DNA of 64,000 nt from Glaucostegus cemiculus (Eukaryota): NCBI GenBank assembly GCA_976551045.1, contig CDPCPM010000011.1:5332001-5396000 (forward strand). The letters run 5' to 3'. How positions within the stretch are numbered: position 1 is the stretch's first letter; each line of letters opens with the position of its first letter. The translations under genes and the position numbers were made by a program. Positions 28,914 to 39,525 of the stretch are shown piece by piece. The notes under the pieces are model-generated. The model saw nothing but the letters and a program-made list of their open reading frames with translations. It was not told the origin of the DNA and made no database searches.

Positions 28914-29346
28914 CTGCAACATCAAAGATGAAAAAAAAATCAAATAAATATTTTTTAATGTACGAAATGCTACAGCAAAAACAAGCCACAAATCTAATTA
29001 AGAGAATGAAGGGAGAAAAATCATCTTAATTAATGAAAGCTTTTAGCTAGCAGCTGCTCCGGAGATATGCAAGATTTGAAACCACACGCACGCCACCTCG
29101 GCAAATTTAAATCATTTGTCTAAACGAAGGCATTGCGCTGATGAAGCTCAAGGGAGTGGCAGCCTTTTTTTTCTCTCTCTCTGCAAAACGGTTACAGAGG
29201 GCTTTGCTGCAATCACCATTCATTAATCTTAATGTTTTTCTTTTTTTTTTGTTGAGGCTTTCAAAATGGAAAATTGAATTTTTTTTTCATCTGTGATGTT
29301 GGCTGCAAAGCTAGCTAAAAACCACGTGCATCGGTAAAAGTATCCA

Positions 29347-29437
29347 CTAGAGTGAGTGTGAGAACTGAGAAAGAGGAAGAGAGACAGAGGAAGAGACACA
29401 CATACAGAGAAAGGAAACAGTGGGAGAGAGAAGCAGC
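29347..29437 (-). promoter_or_regulatory. candidate alternative 3' splice site in the RBFOX3 last intron
   Basis: About 70 nt AG-free pyrimidine tract on the minus strand ending ctctttctcag (29365-29367), with a second TAG at 29347-29349. Confidence 0.4.
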
Positions 29438-32220
29438 CTATATGTGTATGAATTTACCCCTGACATTGATGGTAATTGTGCAAAAAAAATAAAGCCTAAT
29501 CCCTAGATCTTCTTATGCTGATCAGCTAAATATATCTGTATATCTCCTTATTATTTTAAAACACCTTACATTTTAATTAATTCCCTAGTTGACTTCCCCT
29601 CCAATGTGGCCTTCTTGCATCGATGTACTGGGCATCGGGGCCTCACTTCCAGCACAGCTTCCAGTGCTCTCGCCTACAGTGCCACAGTCTCAGGTTGGAA
29701 TTAGAAAGAGTATATTTTTGCCTTGCTGCGGAGAGCGGTCCCACTTGATTTTAAATTGAGAGAACTCATCACTGACAAGTAAGCTGGATGGAGAGTCACC
29801 CATTATTTTATAAAGTTATTAACTGACATTTTAAAAAATTCTTATCAATCAGAATTTTTCCCATTCCAAACTTAATTGCTGCAAATCTATATTATGAACA
29901 TAGTGCCTTGAAAAGAATGATGGGTTGCACCTAAATATGATATAAAGTAATGAGAAGTGAAATGAATAAGTATGCAGTAAAACATTCCAAACCAAAAGTT
30001 GCTAAATTTAGAGCAATTATACCTGTAGTTTAGGAGAAGCCATTTTGCCCACTCAAAAGTTTAGTAAATAAAACTATTTTCTGTTAGTGCTCTTGCTTCT
30101 TCTATGACATCATCAAATATTGTGTTGTTAGGAGAGAAGTGTTGGTTAGGTCATCTGTGAGGGATATTGCCTGGGTTGGGACATTGAACTTTCATCTCCC
30201 CTTATATGCACTGTGAAACAGTAGAAATAAGTGACCAGCCATAGTTTGCAGAATGAATTTAATTCGTTTCTGACCTCCATGTTTCATCTGAACATGAAGC
30301 AGAACCAAGTCACGTGACATTAATGTTAAATCCAAATAAATGCTATAATTGTTTGTGTGTGGGTTTTGTACATTTGTATATTTCCACATACTGAATGGTT
30401 GATCACGTGAGGTCATGTAGCTCACCTGTTCCCCTGGTAATAGAATGAAGAAGATTCTTCTTGGTGCCAACAACTCTAGTTTCCAAATCTACACACACAG
30501 CTTTGAATGATATCACTGGAGATCCAACCTGCCTAGATATTTGCATGCATTTCACTTCCTCAAGCACAGGACCAGCACGCTGAGATATTCAGTATTCTAC
30601 TTATTGCCCAGTATAAGCAATTGCTTGCTGTTTTATCTGGGTCGAGAGCTTGGAATTCAGTGGGATATGTGGGACTTTCCCATAGCCTAAAGACAATGGG
30701 CAAAAATATTCCATAAAATCAAATGAACTATCACAGTTGTACAAAATCCAGAGTTCTTCCAATTTGACTTTGTTGGACTTAAGAGCAAAACTGATCCAAA
30801 CCGGAGAAAGTACTGATTGGATTTGGTTTGATTAAATCCGTTTGGATTTTGGGTTCAGTTCAATGCTTAATCCCTACCTGGTAAGCCAACCAAGGACTGG
30901 CATTGACGGCATTCCTGGAGATATCTCTGAGATGAACCGTCCCACTCTCTCTAACGAGGAGGATGCCATGGTTGCAGGAGGTTAACATGGGGGAGGAAAG
31001 AAAATGGGGGAAAATGAGTGGGGGAACAAGAGATTCTCTAACTGGACATGTTGAAATTACAAGACAAAGCAGGCAGGAGCTAAGAAACTTTCTGCTAGTA
31101 ATGACTAATAGAAATAATATAGAGAAGATCATTCAATGATGTCAGAGACGAGAGAGGACCAAGTTTAAGTTAGCTAGTCTTTTAGTAGCTAGCAGATTAC
31201 TTAATAACAGATTTCTCCCAAACTACATAATTTTTGGTTTTATTAAAATGTCTTATAATTACCTTTGTGCATCAAATCAGGTGTTTACAAAGCCATTACC
31301 TTAAAAGTCTTGGCACAAATCCCCTGTTCAGGGTTAATACTGCACTTATATTATTTTGATGTATTCTTTTACCTATATTTGAATATGTGTGTCGTTTTGC
31401 TGTAATGTGTGGTCTTTTAAACTGTGGGATGCACTATCTGTCATCCCACTGCAATAGAATAGCATCTGTAGAAATGGCACTTTTGTCATGGGGTATGAAC
31501 AGCTTTCTCATGACATAGAAAATTCTTAACTGCTATCGGTATGTAAATGTTTCAACGTAATTAAATTTAACATTTGAATAAATGTAACACTAGTTTATGA
31601 ATCTATATTATGATTACCTGGTTGGTATAAACAAAACACACATTGGGCGTCAGTGAGGGGATGTAGTTTCTCCCAGTGCTTTCCTGTGTATATCTCTGCG
31701 GATAAACGTAGATATGTGACTTGGGCATCCTTTATGAAACAGATCTACAGATAGACAACCGCAGCCACTTTACCAGCAGTGATTTCTTTTTTCTTTTATC
31801 TGTAGGTTTGGTTCATATGTGTATAGAGTCACGGATATCTATGGGTACACTACTATACTGTAGTAACTATTACTGAAAGCAAAGGCATCTTCAATCTAGT
31901 AGAGAGGAAGGGCTGCACAAACATGTGCTAAAGTATTGTGTTTCTCCTCAGTTTAGGGTTGAAGCAGTTTTAATTAAAGAGCTTGAGTTTTAGGGTTGGT
32001 GTTTTACATAAGGTTATGGCAGGATTTAAAATTTGAAGATGTTCAGCTCTTTGCCCACAGAGGTTCTTACACTGCAGTAAAAGTACAACCTATGTGTGCC
32101 TGTAAGTGTGTGCCTATGTGGAGATTTACGTGCAAAGACACACGCTCACAAAATACATGCTTGTGTTGTTTTCTGCGCAGAATGCCAGTCACTGCAGTAA
32201 GAGGGGTTATTAATGCTTAC

Positions 32221-32299
32221 CATGGTGCCAACACTGTACGTTGCAGCTGGTGCAATTGTGTGGTGGTATGGGTCGGCTGCTGCATAGACTCTGCCATAA
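32221..32299 (-). CDS. RBFOX3: RBFOX3 penultimate coding exon, 79 nt
   Basis: ttctctttgttttccag|TTATGGCAGA...GGCACCATG|gtaagc. Encodes (S)[26 protein letters not shown]. Confidence 0.96.
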
Positions 32300-32646
32300 C
32301 TGGAAAACAAAGAGAAATACTTTTATTACAAATCCAAGTCAAGAGCAACAGTTCATTTACTTTGGGTACACCAAACACAGGATGAAGTACTCCCATCTTG
32401 ATAACACTGTGCCCACTTAAATCTGACACAAATTCAGAGAGTCAGACAATGACAGCATGCAATCTACAAATATGCTGCTACTTTTCAAAGATTGAAGTAA
32501 AAGTACAAGGAAAATGTTTCTTTTGCAAGGAATATTTTCCTTATATTATATAAGGAATACAAAATATACCTTTTGTAAGGTAGAAATAAAAGCAAAAGCT
32601 CTTTAAACCTAGCAGTTAGTTTTTGGCATTGTACCAAAAGGTGGTA

Positions 32647-34073
32647 TAAGAAAGGTGGGAGGCAGCATAAAGGTAATTACAGACCAATTAGTTTGACGTC
32701 AGTAGTGGGAAAGATACTGGAATCAATCCTCAAGGATGAGGTTACGGAATACCTGGTGATTCAAGACAGGATAGGTCCAAGCCAGCATGGTTTCGTAAAG
32801 GGAAGATCTTGCCTGACCAACCTATTGGAGTTTTTTGAGGAAATCTCAGGTAGGGTGGATAAGGGAGAGGCAGTGGACGTTGTGTATTTAGACTTTCAAA
32901 AGGCCTTCGACAAGGTGCCGCATCAGAGGTTGATTAATAAGATGAGTACGCATGGAATTACAGGAAGGATATTAAAATGGGTCGAGCATTGGCTGGTAGG
33001 CAGAAAGCAACGGGTAGGAATAAAAGGATCCTGGATGGCGACCGGTTACTAGTTGTGTCCCGCAAGGGTCGATGTTGGGCCCGCTACTTTTCACTTTATA
33101 TATTAATGATTTGGATGATGGAGTAAATGGTTTTGTAGCTAAGTTTGCGGATGACACCAAGATTGGCGGTGGAGCAGGGAGTATAGAAGAGGCAGGAAGG
33201 TTGCAGAGAGACTTGGATAGTTTAGGTGAATGGGCAAAGAAATGGCAGATGAAATTCAATGTTGACAAATGTGCTGTAGTACACTTTGGCAAAAGAAATG
33301 AACGGGCAGATTATTATCTAGATGGGGAGAAAATTGGAAGTACGGAAGTACAAAGGGACTTGGGGGTACTCGTGCAAGACACCCTAAAAGTCAACCACTA
33401 GGTCGGATTGGCGATAAAGAAAGTGAATGCTATGTTGGCATTCATTTCGCGAGGTATAGTGTATAGAAGTAGGGAAGTGATGATGAGGCTCTATGGAGCA
33501 CTGGTACGTCCTCATTTGGAATACTGTGTGCAGTTTTGGGCCCCACACCTTAGAAAGGATGTGCTGATGTTGGAGAGGGTTCAGAGGAGGTTTACAAGGA
33601 TGATTCCTGGTATGAAAGGGCTTACCTATGATGAGTGTTTATCGGCTCTTGGACTGTACTCATTGGAGTACAGAAGAATGAGGGGGGACCTCATAGAAGT
33701 GTTTAGAATGTTGAAAGGAATGGATAGAGTAGATGTGGATAGGCTGTTTCCCTTGGTGGGTGAGTCCAAGACTAGAGGGCACAGACTTAAAATCAGAGGG
33801 AACCAGTTTAAAACAGAGATGAGGAGAAATTACTTTAGTCAGAGGGTGGTGGAATTGTGGAATTCTCTGTCACATACAGCTGTGGAGGCTCAGTCAGTGG
33901 GGGCATTTAAAGGGGAGTTGGATAGGTACCTAATTAATCAAGGTATCAAGGGATATGGGGATAAGGCTGGAAACTGGGGATAGATATGTTATCTTTTCTC
34001 TTCTTCTCACGGAGCAGACTCGAAGGGCTGAATGGCCAACTTCTGCTCCCTTGTCTTGTGATCCTGTGATCTT
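32647..34073 (+). mobile_element. 5'-truncated CR1 LINE, RT domain through 3' end, relatively young
   Basis: ORFs 32693-33052, 33072-33401 and 33408-33983 give NYRPISLTSVVGK, QHGF..GRSCLTNL, YLDFQKAFDKVPH, LGPLLFTLYINDL, KFADDTK and LVRPHLEYCVQFW. One frameshift near 33030, one stop at 33399-33401, and a short repeated tail (cttgtgatcctgtgatctt). Confidence 0.95.
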
Positions 34074-35827
34074 ACCCCAACTCTATGTCCCTAACAGCTC
34101 AAAATGATATATGGCTCAGATATACTGCTTGGCTATCCTTTCAACTGAAAACATGCAACACTTCTGAACTGGTTCTGTTCCTTTCTAAATTCAATGCACA
34201 GTTGTTTTGTTTGTTAATTGGCTTTATATGTATCTTTCATATTTTTTGGGCAATTACACCAGTGGTATGAAGAATTTCATCACAGAGCGCTAAGCATTAC
34301 CACAGTACAGTCATCAAATTGAAGTGGTTAACTATAAACTTTCTACTAGAGGGCACTCCAGTACAGAATTAACAAATGAAGACTATTCCTTGTGTGCATG
34401 ATCTACCATTGAATGCTATCATTGGACAATTCCCCTTTGAAATTACTAATCTTCTGTTATTTCAAATAAAAGTAGCTGATATACAAGGACACATTTTCAA
34501 ATAGTGCTGTATCTGTTCAGAAGCCTGATTCTTCAAATGGTATAATTTTAAAAAAGGGTTTAAGACTTTGTTCAAGAATCTCACACACACATTTGGACCT
34601 TAATTTACCCTTAATGGGTATATGTGATTGTGATGTTGCTGCAAGTAAGTTTTTCATTGCACCTGTTCGTACATGTACTTGTGCATATGACATAAACCAA
34701 ACTTTGACTTTGTTCAAACTTTATATAATTTGTAATGACAAGGAGATGTTACAGTGAGGGTGGACTGCACCGTATAGCAACCTTCACTTTCATCCACACC
34801 ACTGATATTTCATGCACAAACACCTGGCTAGTAATCACTTGCATAGTGAATCCAGTTTATGTCACTATTGCATTAGGGTTTAAGTGAGTGACTGTTTCAA
34901 GGTAATTTTCAACAGTTAAAAATGTGAATTTAGAAGACCATAAGACATAGGAGCAGAATTAGCCCATTTTGGTCATATCTATGGCCTTACATTTTGAGAG
35001 TGTTGGTGGAAAAATGCAAAACCCATTTCTTTTTGTATCTGACTGATTCATTGCCATAAATAATAATTTCAAACATGTTTTTGATTATGTTTAACAAAGC
35101 CCAAGAAACTTTTGTGAAGAAGTTACAGAAAAGAAGAAAACAAAGTCTTGCTATTACTAAAATGCCTTTATAAAGCACTGATCTGGCCTAGCCTGGAATG
35201 AGCTGAACCTGAATATGTGTTGATAAACCATAGATTCAAGCCAGTTTAAACCCAACATAAAGAGTTGGGTCCTGAGGGACTCAGACTGTGTTGTCAGGCT
35301 GTCATAGATGGTGTACTTTAACACCTATTTTCCTATATAATATTAAGAAGATAAAATGTCCAGCCTTGCCACGAGCTATTTAAATGTATACTTCATATAG
35401 AGGAGGCAGCTATCTTGAAAGAGTGGAGAAATATGGGAAAAAATAAAATTTTTAAAGAGCAAACAATATATGAGATAATTCAAGAGTATATCAAGGAAAA
35501 CATGGAGCTAATTACATGTTTTTACCTGCTTGTTAGAAAGTTCACAGTGTTAAAGAAAAACTATATTGAAAATCTGAGAAAAAAAACCTGGTTTTGTCCA
35601 TAGAAGTCACATCATGAAATCAATGCTGAAGAAGCCAGTCCAATATATAATCAAACAAGGAAATATTTATTTAAATCATCCTTCCAAATTCACTGAAGCA
35701 CTTTGATTTGACTGCTGTAGAAATGAATATTACTCAGTAATTAAATACTAATGCTGATTTTTTTCCTCTCCAGTGAGCCATTCGCATTTGGCAAAATGAT
35801 CTGCAGTGATGTAAATTGAAATGAGTT

Positions 35828-36010
35828 GAAAGAAAGACTTGCACTTACATTCCTTTCTGAATATCTAAAACAGTTTAAGCCAAAGAAGTAGTTTTTAACC
35901 AACTGCTGTAATGTTTGAACACAGCAGTCAATTTGCTCTCAGCATGCTCCCAACACAGCAATATAACAATGGCCTGTTTTTGTGATATTGATCTTGAGGT
36001 AAGCATTGCT
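35828..36010 (-). mobile_element. Deu-domain SINE fragment, degenerate
   Basis: aaagaaagacttgcacttacat...acagcagtcaatttgctctcagcatgctcccaacacagcaat parallels 20010-20200. Confidence 0.5.
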
Positions 36011-36369
36011 GTTGCATTGCTAAGATTTTATATTTTTAACCCCATTTTACACCCTGACCCCATCACATGCTGTGCAGGACATGACTCTAATGGATATGGG
36101 AACTCTGTCTCAGACATGACCAATGGACCCTGGGTGCTGTTCCCTCCCCATCAGAATTAATCCACAAGAGGTAAGACCAATCGGCTTGTCTAGAGACTTA
36201 CAATATTCTAAGGGGGATGGGAAGATAAGATTTCATGCAGTAGACAATGATTTGCTTATAGTAAATCTTCTGCAATAAGTGCCAGTCACTCTTTAGTTTT
36301 GGGCCTGAGACTCCTCTTTCAATTGTCTTTGCACCCTGGACTTCAAGACTAAGAGTATAACCTGTCATT

Positions 36370-36445
36370 TCCATCAAATGCATACATGTATCATGTGCTC
36401 ACCCAGGAGTCAATGAGCACATGATACATGCATACATTTGAAGGA
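36370..36445 (-). ncRNA. intronic pri-miRNA-like hairpin (candidate)
   Basis: 27-nt arms 36375-36401 and 36414-36440 with a 12-nt loop. The two DNA mismatches are G-U pairs on the minus strand, and the stem extends to about 32 bp. The hairpin is certain; its function is not. Confidence 0.3.
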
Positions 36446-38055
36446 TCGATTGATCAGCAATGCGCTATGTGTAAAACAGGGGTTCAATGGAGCTTGCCCC
36501 CATGTTCCTTTATAACTCTGCCTAGCAGGGTAACGTGGAAACACCACCCTAAATTACTTTAGCAGCTAAGTAACACACCAGTGAACTATACTTTCAAACT
36601 TACATCAGAAATATAGACCAGGATGTTCCCATGTTCAGTCTTCGATATGTACAGAGTTAACCAATCTCATCTAGACTGGTCACTTCAACCCACCTAGTCA
36701 CCCCTGGATGCCTGGGCAAAGAAAAGAAGTGCATTCACCTGTGAAATCTCCCCAGTGAACTTTGTTGGAAGGTAAGTGTGAATCTGAGAACTAGAGCCCC
36801 ATGGCCACCAAAACTCATTGTCAAATGAAGAATGACTAGTGAGGGGAAGCTTTAGAGAGATGCTGGGATCTGGGAGACCATAGCCAAGCAAAGAGTGTCC
36901 AATTTCAGGACAGAAAAGCAAGAGAAGAGATGAGAATAAATGGGATGTAATTGGAAAATAAATATAGGTATTTCTTCAATTTAGCATTGTAACAGCTTCT
37001 TAATAAATGTGATGAACTGCATACATTTTAGGAACCACAATGGAATAAAACCTCTTTCTTCCTTTTCTAATCTCAGTGGTTGAATGCCTGTGTTATGACC
37101 AGCGGTGCACTGCTTAGGCCTTGTGTGTGGAGCTTTACAGTTGTTTAAAGAGTTTAAAGAATTTATCTTTTCATTATGTTCTTGTTATGAGCTAATAAAT
37201 AACTTTTAATCGTATGTTTGTTTCAAACCCATTTAAAAATCACAGCCTTGCCTTGAGCAAGGCTGCTCTGGTAGTTTCTCTTATGACGGTCTCCTCTGAC
37301 ATGCATTAATAAAATGAATGTTCGTCTGGAAAGGCCCACACCATCAGTTATAACTGGATTCCGCAGTTTCATCTCTTTTTTTGGTCAAAGAAATACTTTC
37401 TAAAACTGCAAATGTATTGATCTGTGTGATTGCCAGCAAACATCCAACATCTCAGATACTTCTTTAAAGTGACGGACTGCAAATGAGGTCTGTGTGCTAC
37501 AGATAACAAGGCTGCAGCAAGTGACAAAGCAGCCTTAACCAGGAAAGAGGGAATTCTGAGGGAGTCAAGTCGATCACGCTGCAAATGATGTAATACTTTA
37601 AATGATATATACAGTTAAATCTGTCATCTTTCCACTCAGAGGATTTGTGTTAAAGGACAAATGTCTGGGATATTTCAAAAGCCAGAAAGCATCTGCTTTT
37701 GAATAAATTCATATATTTTTCATCTGGTAAAATCCTTTAAAACTACACGTACTACAAATTGGCAAATTAATTCAGTGATGCAAACAGTGATTAGATTCTC
37801 TGAGGAAGATGACCATCTTAAAAGGAAAAACTGAAACATGCCATGGAAAATATCAAAAATAGTAAACATAATTTCCCCAGTCTCTTTAAATGCAGCATCT
37901 TGTCCAGAGCTGTATGGAGATTCTGAAAAAAAACAGACATGAAGCAATTACAGTGTTTAACAAGCTGGAACTGAGGTAAAAGCGATTGACTACAATTTCC
38001 TCGCTAATAATTTTCCTTTTCCTTTTTTAAGCAGGAGCATAGCATTTGCCCTTAC

Positions 38056-38122
38056 CAGTGATTCCAGTTTACAAAAGCTTTTGGAGAAGTACAGTTACCA
38101 TTGCCTACTTTACTTCCATACT
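38056..38122 (-). other. candidate 67-nt cassette/poison exon of RBFOX3
   Basis: catttccttctcag|AGTATGG...ATCACTG|gtaagg, with good splice sites. Stop in the default frame, open in the frame set by the 56-nt exon. Confidence 0.33.
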
Positions 38123-38322
38123 CTGAGAAGGAAATGTGGCATTCACTTTTATTTCTATTAACTTTTTAAAAAATGTTTCTCGAGTAGTGAAAGATTTGCT
38201 TTCCTCAGGCATTCCCACTTTTTTGTTTTCACCTTCCTCTGTTCCCTTGGGCAGCTATGTAAAATCTAGATTCTTCAGCATCATTACTAGCACCAGCGTT
38301 TTACATTTTATTCCATATTTAC

Positions 38323-38378
38323 TTAATTGACTGAATTTAAATTTCTCATCAGCTGTAGTGGGTTTTAGTTCCAGGTTT
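38323..38378 (-). CDS. candidate 56-nt frameshifting cassette exon of RBFOX3 (A53-like)
   Basis: ttgcttttcag|AAACCTG...CAATTAA|gtaaat. Reads RNLELKPTTADEKFKFSQL; same intron and same phase shift as RBFOX1 A53. No transcript evidence. Confidence 0.4.
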
Positions 38379-39367
38379 CTGAAAAGCAACCAGCCCAGTG
38401 ACATAATCACTCTGTTACTGTACCCCAAGCATGCCTGAGGAAGATGTGGTTCAGTCACATTGCTAATGTAAAGTAAAATACAAACCATTCTGGGACTGGA
38501 TTTGTAGCAAAAGTTTCATTTCTTCAGATGGGGCACTGGCATTACTGCAGTTAATTTCCTTGTAATTCTATTTGCTATTATCGTGTTAAGTCACTGGGTG
38601 CCAACAAAATGGCTTAGGACTGTTTTGGTTCTTCTCCAAAACAATTTTCAATAAGCCGACAATTGTTGGAGCTTTGACCAATGGACTGAAAATTTCTACA
38701 TCAATCTCATATCATAAACTCACATGGTATCATAAAGAAGAGCAACCTAAAAAAAGAAATATGTATGTGATGCTATTCAAAGATTCTGACTATTGTCAGT
38801 GAAGATTTTTCCAAGCCCTGACCAACTCTGCCCAATTTTAATCCAGTTAGTTAGTAACCCTTGGAATTTAATGAGGTGTCCAAAAATACTGATATATGTT
38901 AAAATATTTTGATAAATTCAGTAGAAAACTGTGTTTTAACTCTTGATTCTCATATTAATATCTTGCAACGAGCTAGAATTTGACCAGATTGCAAGCAATC
39001 TAGAAAAGTCTCTGCTTTATAGACAATCTTCTCCAAATCAGATCCTGGTGGGGTCTGGAATTCAACGCTTAAAAGGCAGAGACAAATGTTGGTGCATGTA
39101 TAAAGGACGTCCGTGATCTCTTGATGTGGCATAACCAACAAGGGCACTACCAGAGCTGGAAAGTGGAATTAGACTGGATACCTGTATTTATCCAGCATGA
39201 AGAGTGGAGCAAATGGCCTCTTCCCATTGATTCCTATGCACCTTGACCTTTAAACCTGCATGTTTCATACTGGAGCATGGATAATGGCATTGAATTAGTC
39301 ATGCCCGCAGTTTCCAAAATCCTTAAATTTCCATTAGTAACAGCGCTACCAGCATGGCCACTGCTGA

Positions 39368-39525
39368 TAGAGTCATAGATTCATAGTGTTATACAGCACA
39401 GAATCAGGACCTTTGGCCCAACTTGTCCAAGCCGACCTGGTTGTCTATCTGAGCTAGTTCCATTTTCTTGCATTTGGCCCACGTCACTCTAAACCTTCAC
39501 TATCCATGTACCTTTCCAAATGCGA
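39368..39525 (-). mobile_element. CR1 3' tail fragment
   Basis: tagagtcatagattcatagtgttatacagcacagaatcaggacctttggcccaac... Confidence 0.75.

Noticed and set aside
30788-30860. Imperfect hairpin (atccaaaccgga / tccgtttggat)
   Set aside because: Short, interrupted stems in low-complexity sequence.
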